This document shows positions 49,806-60,377 of a stretch of DNA of 64,000 nt, one piece after another (positions within the stretch are counted from its first letter, which is position 1; each line of letters begins with the position of its first letter). Made by a program: the position numbers and the translations under genes. The DNA is from Felis catus (lineage: Eukaryota). The notes under the pieces were generated by a model. The model searched no databases, was not told the origin of the DNA, and was given only the letters and a program-made list of their open reading frames with translations. Location of the stretch: assembly GCF_018350175.1 (NCBI RefSeq), contig NC_058369.1, positions 2,916,001 through 2,980,000 on the forward strand, read 5' to 3'.

Positions 49806-50701
49806 CACGCTTTGTCTCACTGTTTCTCAAAAATAAATGTGTAAAAAATATTTTACAAAATGTGACTTGCCCTGCATGAAAGCAGTCGGATTTGCTCATA
49901 ACAGCACACATGGCCGCTTTGTGACGCCCCGTGGGGAGCGTCTGTGATGCCTAATCACTTACCGTCGGCCTTTCTGCCAAGTAGCTGCTTTATTTTTCCC
50001 ATCAGGGACGCTGTGTGTCATTCATTCCTCATGTGTCTCCCTTTGCATCGGACGCCGGAAAGCCTGAGCCGAGTTTTAACCTGACCTCTCGACGTAGATA
50101 CGACACGTCTCAAGACGCTTTTGTAGACCCCTGACTCCGTCTTACCTTTTTTTTTTTTACCGTTAACTCGATTATTGTATCGTTTGCTGTCGTGCCGTAT
50201 CCTCTCGGCCTTCTGTTTGTCATTTAGAAAAATGACGCGACTTTCAAAAAAGCTTTTAAAAACTTGTTCCGATGCTGCTTTATTTTTGAAGAGACAGAGT
50301 GCGAGCAGGGGAGGGGCAGAGAGAGAGGGAGCCGGGGCCTCGGAAGCAGGTTCCGGGCTGTGGGCGCAGAGCCCGACGCGGGGCCCGGTCTCCCCGACTG
50401 TGGGATCGCGACCTGAGCCGAAGTCGTCCGCTCAACCGACCGAGCCGCCCGCCCGGGGGGCCCTCAAAAAAAGCTTATTTGATACTTCGGCAAAATTAGG
50501 TTTAAGTTAGATTTTTAAGATTAATAGTAACCACGAGTTCAAAGCCACATGCTGGTGACAGAGCCCCGCGTGGCAGCAGACAGCCTGGCTCCGGGCGCGG
50601 ACCGAGAGAGGCTGCTCTTTCTGAGAGGACGGGCTGTGAGTCTCTGTGCCCTCGCGCGCCCCGGGCCTGGACTTCACGCATGTCCCTCCTTGTCCCACCA
50701 G

Positions 50702-50800
50702 CGTCAAATTCATCAACAAGATCCAGTACGTGCACAGCTTGGAAGATCTGGAACAGCTCATCCCCATGGAACACGTGCAGATCCCCGAGTGCGTGCTACA
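50702..50800 (+). CDS. ATCAY: ATCAY exon 9 (99 nt), BCH domain
   Basis: [32 protein letters not shown](Q). Donor CA|GTGAGT. Confidence 0.97.
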
Positions 50801-51479
50801 GTGAGTGTCCCCGTGCCGTGGGGGCGCCCCCTCCCCCGGCCCCAGCGCGCCCAGGCTCCGCGCCTCCCCTCTCGGGGGCCCGAGAACCGGACGCCGGACG
50901 TGAGTGGGAGCAGCAGACCCGGGGAGACACGGTGAAACAAGCCCACGTGAGATCGGAGAACACGTGGGCCCGGGCCTCTCCGCGCAGGGCGGGCCCGGCC
51001 AGCCTTGGCCCACAGCTTGTTGTATAAATAAAGTTTTATTGGCACACGGCCCCGCCCATCCATGGCTGCCTTCGAGCCGCATTGGAATTGAGCAGCTGTG
51101 GCGGAAACCGGGCCTACAAAGTCGAAAATATTTACGCCCTGGGGGCCGGGGGGGGGGGGGGACGTGTAGACCGACCCACGTCCGCGAGGGGGTTGCTTTA
51201 CAATGACCCCGTTCAGTTGCTGGTGCCGGATGAGGCACAGAAACTAATCGGCTGAGCCGTGTCTATACCAGATGCCGGACGAGGCCAGCGGAGTCACTGC
51301 CAGAAACGCGAAAAAGACCGTCGGCCCTTCAGTCCCGGCTGCCTTTCTGCGCCCAAGGCTGGCGCGAACTCGGATGTGACAAGGAGATTGTGTCTCCGTT
51401 CCCAGAAGGGAAGGGGTCCCCAGGCAGCGCACCTGTGGGGGAGGCGGGCGTCTGAGGAGTTGTACTTTCTGTCTTCCAG

Positions 51480-51515
51480 GTACGAAGAGGAAAGGCTCAA
51501 GGCCAGGAGAGAGAG
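51480..51515 (+). CDS. ATCAY: ATCAY exon 10 (36 nt)
   Basis: ttctgtcttccAG|G TAC GAA... encodes YEEERLKARRE(S). Donor AG|GTGTG. Confidence 0.92.
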
Positions 51516-52744
51516 GTGTGTACAGAGTGCCTCGGGGCGGGGGCTGGGCCGGGCCCACCTTGGGGGGGGGAGGGGTGCGGGTAACAGGTGGCTTTGGCCC
51601 AGCAGGGGCCGATGACGCGCCCTCGCGTTTGTTGAGGGCTTTGAGTCAGACCGGGGTTCGAATCTGCTCCGTCACAGAGGGACGGTAGGCGAGCAAAGAG
51701 TTCACAGCCACCGTGGGGGTTACTCTGAGGAATGAGGACAAGGGGACCCCCCGGGCGGAAAGTGGCTCACAGTAATCGCGGTAAAATCAAGTCATCCGCT
51801 GACAGAGGGGGCACAGGTTCCGTTCTCGGCCCCGACAGCCCCCGAAATGCCCCTTCACTAACCTACTGGTTCGGTTTTCGTTGGTCGCGTCACCAGGGGT
51901 GGCCGTCACGGGACCTCGGGGCGATCGCGGCCCCACCCAGTTACGAGGCCCTCATGCCGTCCCCCGGATACGTTCACATTCCACCCCCACCCCCCGGAGC
52001 TGGGCAGGGCCAGGATCCCCGACAGCATCTTGCAGCCCAGGAATCCGAGGCTCAGAGAGGCACGGCACCTGCCCCAGGCCACACAGCAAGCCTGGGGGAG
52101 GGTTGGGGCTTCGGGGGGTCGAGAGCGTCTATCACTGCCAGGCCCCGTGCCAGTCTCCTCCGGGGAGACAGGTGAAAGAGGGTCCTGGTCCGGGGGGCTC
52201 CAAGTGGCAGAGGAGAGGGGCGCGTCACCGAGTGAGGAAAGCGGGTCCCGGGCAGGGCGGGTGATGTGGGCAGATGAGCCACATAGTGAGCAGCGCCGTG
52301 GAGGCTCCGGACGGCGTCGCGTAGTGATGATGGGCCGCGGGCGCCAGGGAGGGAGGCCGAGGGCAGGCAGGATGCCCCGTCCCGTGCGTGGCCCCCCACG
52401 TCCGCCCGCGTGGTGGCAGGTGGCAGGGGTCCTTCCTTCTCGAGGCTGAGTAACATTCCCACGCGTGGACGGACCACGTTGTGTTTGTCCCTCATCCACG
52501 GAGGGACGTGGGTTTGCTGAGGCTGCTGGGAGTCGTGCCGTTGCGGACACGGGCCGCGAACACCCAGCTGAGTCCCCGCGTTCCCGAAGTGGGGTTCCGG
52601 GAGCACGTGGCGATGCTGCCTTGAACGTTTTGCGGAACCGCCACGCTGTCCCCGGGGCACGTGGGCCACCCCGTGCTCCCCCCCTGCAGGACCAGGGCTC
52701 CCCCTCCCCCTCCCGTGTCTTCATCAGTTGTAGTTCTGGTTTTG

Positions 52745-52968
52745 TTTAATGTTTATTTTTGAGAGAGACGGAGGGAGGGAGGGAGGGCTCCTGCCGGCAT
52801 GTGTGCTCGGGAGTGGGGGAGGGGCAGAGAGGGGGACAGAGGATCCGAAGCGGGCTCTGTGCCCACAGACTGATGGCAGAGAGCCCGACGCGGGGCTCAC
52901 ACTCATGAACCGTGAGATCATGACCGGAGCCCAAGTCCGACAGTTGACTGAGCCGCCCGGGCGCCCCG
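52745..52968 (-). mobile_element. CanSINE
   Basis: T-rich tail, (GA)n tract and head ...gggcgcccc. Confidence 0.82.
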
Positions 52969-53470
52969 ACTCGAGACAGTAGCCGCTGCTGGGTGGGAAG
53001 TAGAGATGTCTGTCTGTCTGTCTGTCTGCACTTTTTCCCCTTCCTTTCTTCCCCTGCCCTTCTCCATCTCTCGCTCTCCCTCTCTCTCTCTATCTCTCCC
53101 TGTCTCTGTCTCTGTGTGTGTCTCTCCCTGTCTTTCTCTCTGCCTCGGCCTCTCTTTGGCCTCCCAGTCTTAGCTGCGGAGGCACGGAGACCAGCACCGC
53201 AAGCCGGAACCAGGGCACAGGGGACCGTGTCCAAGGGGCGAGGACCGGTGCCTCCGGGCTGACAGCTGAGAGGAACGTTCGGGGTCTTTCCTCCTCCCCG
53301 TCCTGTCCCCGCTCGTGCCCCCTTCCCCATGGTCGTCTCCGCCGTCATTAACCCCTGGGTTGATCTCTGTGCCCTCGGGGCCCATCCAGGGGCAGCGAGA
53401 CTCCCCCACGCCACCCTCCGAGGCCACAGCGGGCAGGTTCGTCACCCACGTCCTCTCTCTCCGTCCCCAG

Positions 53471-53542
53471 CGCCAGGCTGCAGCCCGAATTCGTCCTGCC
53501 CAGGTCTGAGGACAAGCCGGAGGCGGTGCTGGCAGAGGACAG
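53471..53542 (+). CDS. ATCAY: ATCAY exon 11 (72 nt)
   Basis: ARLQPEFVLPRSEDKPEAVLAED(R). Donor AG|GTAAC. Confidence 0.92.
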
Positions 53543-53761
53543 GTAACTGTGCAGGTGGCCACGGCGAGGGCGGCTGAGCCCGCACGTCTGGTAAGAGTGA
53601 CCGCAACGCGCTCGTGACGAGGACAGCAGAGAGCGGGTGTGGATGGCCAGCACGACGCTGGCCCCATCCTGAATGCTCAGTCCCGGGGTCCCTCTTCCCT
53701 CCACCCCGGGCCGTCCCCACGGGACACCTGCAAAGGCCGGAATTATATTTAAACCAACAGT

Positions 53762-54230
53762 CGGGCGCCTGGCGGTCAGTTGAGGGTGGAACCCTTGATC
53801 TCAGGGCTGTGAGTTCGAGCCCCACCGCGGGAGCAAAGATTACTTAAAAAAAAATAAATAAAAGCTTTACAGATAAATAAACAAATTAACCAACTGTCCA
53901 TAAAATGTGAAAGTCCGCTCCTCTCTGGGGCTGGGCTGCGCGTGCCCGGCCTCGGGGGCTCAGCACATGCCCGCCCACCGCCGGGCAAGCCCCCTGGATG
54001 GCCAGCCCCAGCCCCGTCTCTTCTCCAGGGGCTTTTTCACCCTCTTTTTTTTTTTTTAAGGTCATTTATTTATCTGGTGGGGGGGAGGGGCAGAGAGAGA
54101 ATCCCAAGCCGGCTCCGTGCTGTCAGCGCAGAGCCTGACGTGGGGCTCGATCCTACCAGCCGTCAGATCATGACCCTGAGCCGAGATCAAACGTCCGACA
54201 CTTAACCGACTGAGCCCCCCGGGCGCCCCC
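53762..54230. mobile_element. Short plus-strand CanSINE (53762-53880) and minus-strand CanSINE (54045-54230)
   Basis: SINE heads and tails visible by inspection. Confidence 0.78.
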
Positions 54231-54838
54231 CCGCGACGGACAGTTTTAAAGTGCACGTTCCAGTGGCCTTTCAGACCCTGGCAGAGCTGTCCGTGCAGCA
54301 CCCCTCTCTAGTTCCAGAACTCTCTAGTTCCAGAACGTTCCATCACCCCGAACGGACCCCACACCCGATAAGCAGTTCCTCCCGTCACGCCCCCGCTTTA
54401 CTTTTCTGACGCCCAGCAGATACGGCCCCAAGCCCCGTGGCGCCTTGCCCCCGATGGGTAGAAAACGCAGCGGGCTCTGCCCCCGCCCCCCTCCCCTCTG
54501 CCCGGCCAGCCCACCTCCTGCATTTGACCCTCGTGTAGCCTCTGTCTCCTACCCTTGCGCCACATGGGGGCAGCGGCTGCGTCTGGGGCCATACCCACCC
54601 CCCCCCCCGCCCCCAGCGTCCAGGACTCAGGGACCGCGGGTAGCTGATGTGGCCGCAAGAGGGGTTCTGCTCTCCGGTGGAGGTTCTGGCTGGTGACCTT
54701 TCTGCACGTCCCCGTGGGCGGCCCCCACTCGCTTGGTACCAGCTCAAGGCGAGGCCGAGCCGGCCGCACGGGGCTCGCGGCCAGATGCCAGGGCTCCCCC
54801 CAAATAGGCAAATAACGCGAAGGCTTCTCTCTTCACAG

Positions 54839-54868
54839 GCCTGCTCCAGCCACAGATCAGGAAACGAG
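54839..54868 (+). CDS. ATCAY: ATCAY exon 12 (30 nt)
   Basis: ttctctcttcacAG|G CCT GCT CCA GCC ACA GAT CAG GAA ACG AG|GTAGG encodes PAPATDQET(S), matching the caytaxin DQETS tail. Confidence 0.85.
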
Positions 54869-55628
54869 GTAGGTGGGGAGCAGGGCCATCCCGGTGCCTG
54901 TGCCTCAGTGTCCCGAGTGGAGCCCAGCCGCGTGGGAACCGTTCGCCCCACGATTTACTGTTTGGGGGTCGAGGGCTACCGTCCCGGGGAGTCAGAGAGG
55001 CTTGGCTGGCCCGTCCCTGCGCAACTCCGGGGGCGCCACCGACGTGATGCCCCGGAGCTAAGCCACGCGGCAGGCTTGACCGGAGCCAGGCCCCCAAAAC
55101 CCGGGCTTTGTAACGCAGCCACGGGCGCGGCGTTTGCCCGCGGCCTGTCTCAGGGTCCCCGCCTGCTCCAGATGCCAGGAAAAGCCGCTCTGTGTGCTGG
55201 GGGTCATGGAGACCACCCTCAGGTTCAGGGGTTTGCTAGAAGTGCCCACAGCATTCAGCAAAGCTGTCTCGTTTACAGTTATGGTTTGATATGGTGAAGG
55301 GATGAGTACGGGTGAGAACGGGCATAAGGAATGTGATGCCCGGGCCCGGAGAGGCCGGAGGTGAGCCGCCCGGTGTGGTCCCCCGGGGGGCTTATCCAGG
55401 CAGCCCTTAGCTCGCCCGGCAGTGTCCCCAACCAGGGAAGCTACGCCCACGTCCAGGGTATTTCCCGGGGGCAGTCCCTTACGCTTGGCTAACCACTCCC
55501 GTGGCTGAGCTCGGTCTCCGCCGTCCCGAGGTCCCGCCGATACCCCCACCCTACATCCCGCTGTTAGCACACGTGGGGTCCCCAGGGAAACAAAGACACT
55601 TTTACCAGACGGGGCACTCCGAGCGCTG

Positions 55629-55838
55629 GGGCTCCGGTAAGCACCCGACTTCGACTCACGTCATGATCTCGAGGTCTGTGAGTTCGAGCCCCGCACCAGG
55701 CTCTGTGCTGACGGCTCGGAGCCTGGAGCCTGCTTCACATTCTGTGTCTCCCTCTCTCTCCCTGCCCCTCCCCGGCTCACGCTGTATCTCTCTCTCTCTC
55801 CCTCCCTCTCTCCAAAATAAATAAACATTAAAAAAAAA
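55629..55838 (+). mobile_element. CanSINE within a MER21-like LTR relic
   Basis: SINE body and tail. The upstream ggagaccaccctcaggttc motif is shared with the copy at 48833. Confidence 0.75.
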
Positions 55839-56424
55839 TTCTTAGTCTAAACGGTCTTAGACCAGTACTGCCCCGGGCACACCGAGTGGAGGCAAGTTCT
55901 CGGTGCCTTTCTGACAAGATCGTCTCAATCCGAGTCTTCTGGGGGTGAGTTTCACCCACAGACACAGAACGCACAAGGAAGTCCCACACCACGAGCAAAA
56001 GCCAGCAGATTCGAGAAAAAGCAGTTAGACCCTCCCCTGAATCCTCAGGTAGGGGTGATGAATTAGGAGTGTTTAAAATTATTAAAGACCCCAAAGAAGA
56101 ACTTGTAGGAAGCTACCGGGTGGACGCGCGGACAGACAGGTGGGTGAATAGGTGGGCGGAGGGAGGGACAGAAGGATGGGTGGCTGGGTTGAAGCTTCCC
56201 TCTGGTCCGACCGGTGACGTCGGCCCGGGGCCCATTCTCCTGAGGCACCGATTGAGGGGTCCCCTTTGGAAGCACACCTGGAAGGTGGGTGGCAGGCGGC
56301 AGACCTTGATGGGCTGGTCCCGCTCTTGCTGCCGCGGGCCCCCCAGAGCCGGGTCGGATCGTGCCGTCCACACGTGCACGCGTTCCCCGCATTCTTTCTG
56401 TATTTCTTAAGGATAATCGCGTAT

Positions 56425-56650
56425 TTTATTTTTATTTATGTATTTGTTTTAACGCTTATTTGTTTTTGAGAGACAGAGCACAAGTGAGGGAAGGGCAGGG
56501 AGAGAGAGAGGGAGACACAGAATCGGAAGCAGGCTCCAGGCTCCGAGCCGTCAGCCCAGAGCCCGACGCGGGGCTCGAACCCACGGACCGCGAGATCGTG
56601 ACCTGAGCCGGAGTCGGTTGCTTAACCGACTGAGCCACCCAGGCGCCGCC
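56425..56650 (-). mobile_element. CanSINE about 75 bp upstream of the ATCAY last exon
   Basis: Full antisense SINE body. Confidence 0.88.
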
Positions 56651-56724
56651 CCCCACCCCCCCACTGCTGCCCGAGTTCTTTAAAAACAGTAACAACAGCC
56701 TGGCCTGTGTTTATCCCTCTCTAG

Positions 56725-56734
56725 CATGTCCTGA
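56725..56734 (+). CDS. ATCAY: ATCAY exon 13 coding part (..S-M-S-stop)
   Basis: ttatccctctctAG|C ATG TCC TGA. The summed CDS is 1113 nt, giving 370 aa ending in ETSMS*. Confidence 0.88.
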
Positions 56735-59165
56735 GGTGACAAGACTACAGAGAAGGACAAGACAGAAGATTCCAGATGGCAAGAAACCTCTGTCAGACGC
56801 CCTCTGGTCCTGGACCTCCTCCCCGCCTTGTCCTGACGCCCCTGTCTTTGGAGGGGGCCAGTCCCCGCCATCCATCTCTGAAACCCAGCACCCTTTTGAG
56901 CCGCTTGAAAACGTTTTTGTTTCGTTTTGTTTTCAAACAACGCGGTATGTTCCAGAAAAGGACCTGGTTCTCAGCCCTCCACGCTCACGAGCTCGCGGCC
57001 CAGAAGAGGAAGACGGCCCAGGGCGTGGCCCGTGTGCCCTCGACGGCTTCAGAGAGCCCCTCCTCGCCCTCACCACCACCATCACTGCACAAAGTCCTAG
57101 CTCAAGACCCTTCTCTGGTTTGTCACCTGGCCCACCCTGGTTTGTCACCTGGCCCACCCCGGAGCCACGGATGCCCGCCAGCTCCTTGGCCGGATCTGGA
57201 CTCGTTCTTGTGCCTTTTCTCCTAGAACACCCCCTGCGGCCCTGGGCACGTGGCCCGGAAGCTCAGCCCCTCCCCCCCCCCCCCAGCAGCGCTGTGCCCC
57301 GGGGACCTCCCGTCCCGGCACCTCATGGCTTTACACTTGACCAGCTCCCCTCGCCTTCATCTCCCGATCTTCTTTGGGATTAATGGAGTCCACGATGGCA
57401 CACGCGAGCTGCTGAGAATCACCCCCGCCCCGCAGTTGCAAACCCGCCCCCCCCTTCTAGAACATTCTCAAGCCCCTTTAATGGACGCCACACCACAGGG
57501 CAATCCTGATCAATACCTCCTACTGAGGGAATGAAGTGTCCCCGCTTTCCTGACCCCCCCCCCTCCAACACAGGGTTGGGATGAGCCCCTCAGGTTCCCG
57601 CCATGGGAAACCGGCTCTGAACCGCGACACAGGAAGATACAGGTTTATTGCAGGTTTTGAGTGTTTCGAAGTTCACTTGGGAAAATAAATCCCAGTGGCC
57701 TGGATGCTACGGAGACCTGCGGTCAAAGGAGGTAAACTTACCTTGGACGGAAGTCAGACTTTTCTAATGTGGTCCGCATGCCCGTCAGGGTGGCCTTTAG
57801 AGGTAGTGAGTTCCCCGTCCGTGGAGGCATTTAAGAAAAGGCTGGATCTTCTCCAGGCCCCCTTCCCGGCCCCGTCGCTGGCTTCTTAGCAGTCTAGTTC
57901 AAGTGCCCTGGGTATGAGGTTCTTGACCTCAGGGGAGGTGCCGGAGGCTTCTCGACCTGGGCGCATCGAGGTGTTTTGGGTTATTCTGATGCCAGGAGGG
58001 AGCTGGTGGTGTTTGGTGCTGAGGGAAGGGAACACCCGACATTTTGCCCCATGGGGGAGGCTCCTGAAGGTCCTGAACGTCACAGAGCCGTCCCGCATCC
58101 AATGCCGGAGGCTCCGCCTCGAAAAACGCGGAGTCTGGGAGCCGTGTTGGGCCCCGCATCTTCTGGGTCGGCGCAGCTCTGCCCCGGGAAGGCCGGGACG
58201 CCTGGGGGGGTTGGGGGGGGGGGGTCTTACGTTTGTGTTTCTGCTGTGTTTCCCAAATGTCAAATAAAGGACAGGACCGTGTTCCGGGCCCAGGCGTGTC
58301 GCCCGGAGCCTGAGGCAGCCGAGGCCAGGGGATGGGCCTCTCCAGGCTGCCCTCCGACAGACCCCCACAGCCCCCTGTTCTGCCTGTCACCTGCCCCTGC
58401 CCGGAGCGCCTCCTTTTAGGAGGGTGCCCCGGGCGTCCCCGGGGCCGCCCCAAACTCCAGGCCCGGGAGGTGGGTCCTGCTTGCGGGGTCCACGCGGGCC
58501 TCCATGAACACAGTAACCAGTAACCAGGGGAGGAGGCCGGAACCGGCTGCAGGCTGAGCACTGGGAACTGAGGCCGTCCGCCCGGTGCGACAGTGCGTGC
58601 CTGTGGAGGCGACAGAGGGACGGACCGAGGCGGGCCCCAGCCCACTGTGACGGGGCCTGCAGCCACGCGAGAAACCCCAACAGGGACCAGCTGGTTCCCC
58701 GCGGCCCGCCCGCCGTCCCTCCGGACCACCAGCAGCCACGGACAACGGGCAAGCAGGGCCAGGGACCCCAGCTCGGCCGCCATGGCGGTCCCTCCAGGGT
58801 AGAGAGAGGCCCCGGGAGGCCGTCCCCAGGCGGGAGAAGTCCCACGGCACGGCTCCCTCCACACGTGTCCACGCGGGCGGTCACCCGCAGCTCCCAGCGG
58901 CTTCGCGAAAGATGCGTCTCGGGGGCAGTTCCGGCCAAGATGCAGTGGACCCCGAGCCCCCGTCGCGAAGGGACGCCGGGTTTCCCTCCTGTGACACGTG
59001 GGTCGTGTCCTCGGTCGTGGCTCACACGCTCATCCTAAGGACGGCCAGTGTTGTGGTTTTTACACCCAAAGTCGTCGTGACTCCCGTCGTGATGTTCAGA
59101 CATGGTTTCCACGGGCTTTGGGGGATTTGTGTGGAAATAAAGAGGCAGCAGCTGAGAAGGGACGG
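56735..59165 (+). other. ATCAY: ATCAY 3' UTR (end uncertain) with candidate poly(A) signals
   Basis: Follows the stop codon. AATAAA at 57684, 58263 and 59136; which is used cannot be determined from sequence. Confidence 0.5.
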
Positions 59166-60248
59166 GGGTCGCTGGTGTCCACTTCCCCGAGGTGTGACGC
59201 TGGCCTGGGTCCGGGCGCAGAGGGGCGACCTGGGGCAGCTGTGGCCCTGCCGCTCTTGCTTCCGGGGGGGCCCCCGGGGCCATCCCCAGGGCCCCTTCCG
59301 GATCTGCCTCTCTGTGACTCGAGTTCCTTTCCCGACCTCAGTCCGCTCTGGAACCAAGCAGGGTTAGCAGGTGACAATGGTAATAGTTTAATTACTGTAT
59401 GTATATAGACCATTATTGCTACTTCTGGAACAGAAGACTATTTCCTCTCTACGCTCACACCGTTCCCGACACCGGACTGGGGAAGGGTCCCCACGCTTTC
59501 CAGCTCCCGGGGATTCCCCCCCCCAACTCCGCGTCCTGTGACCCGACACCGGGCAGTCCGGGAGGACCCCGCAGGTGAAGGGCTCACCCCCACCTCGGGC
59601 GCCAGTCGTGAGGGCTGGGCCCCCGGGTCACCCCCGCGATGTCCCACTTGGCCAAAAGCCAGGGGCTCCCACAACCTTCCCCCAGCAGCTCACAGAGCTC
59701 AGGGAAGAGGTTTCCTTGCATCTCACCTGCTGATGACAAAGGGGCTAACTCGGGAACAGCCCGAAGAGGGGCGCGGGCCAGGGCCCCAGTCGTCCCCGAG
59801 CCGCCGGCTGAAGCTGCCATCTGTCCCGCCCACCACCCCGTGGCTCTCGGGGCTTTCTGGAAGTCACCCCGTCAGCATAAGCGCAGGGCTCGTCACAAAC
59901 AGCAAAGGGCACTGCTTTCCTTCGTCGCTGCGGACCTAGTAGGGGGAAAAAGACTATTGTCCCCCCCCAGAAGTCCCGAGGGCTTAGGAGCGGTGTGTCA
60001 GGGAGGCGGGGGACCAGGTGCTTCTCTCTGGTCACACATCACATAGCCCAGAAGAGGAGCCAGGAGCAGGACGGGCGTGCACACAGGTCGCTGGAGTCAG
60101 GAAGGCGCCCGTCCCGGCCACGGCGGTGGCTTCACCAGGCGGGTGGCACGGGGGTCACAGGTGCCACTCCCATCGGGGGGTGATGGGGCCACACGTTTTG
60201 TCCCAACCCAACTGGGTCTCTGATTACCCTGAGGGGTTTCTTGAAACC

Positions 60249-60377
60249 TCATTCGTTCATTCATTCATTCATGCATTCATTCACTTATTCATTCATTCAT
60301 ATGTACACTCATTCATTCACTCGTTTCGTTCACTTATTCGTTTGTTCATTCACTCACTCATTCATTTCTTCATTCAC
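60249..60377. repeat. (TCAT)n degenerate tetranucleotide repeat (possible L2 tail)
   Basis: Direct inspection. Confidence 0.85.

Noticed and set aside
56736..57383. 215-aa ORF starting right after the ATCAY stop
   Set aside because: Non-ATG start, out of frame with ATCAY, Pro/Ser-rich GC composition and no recognisable domain. The stop context TGA-G is not a readthrough motif.
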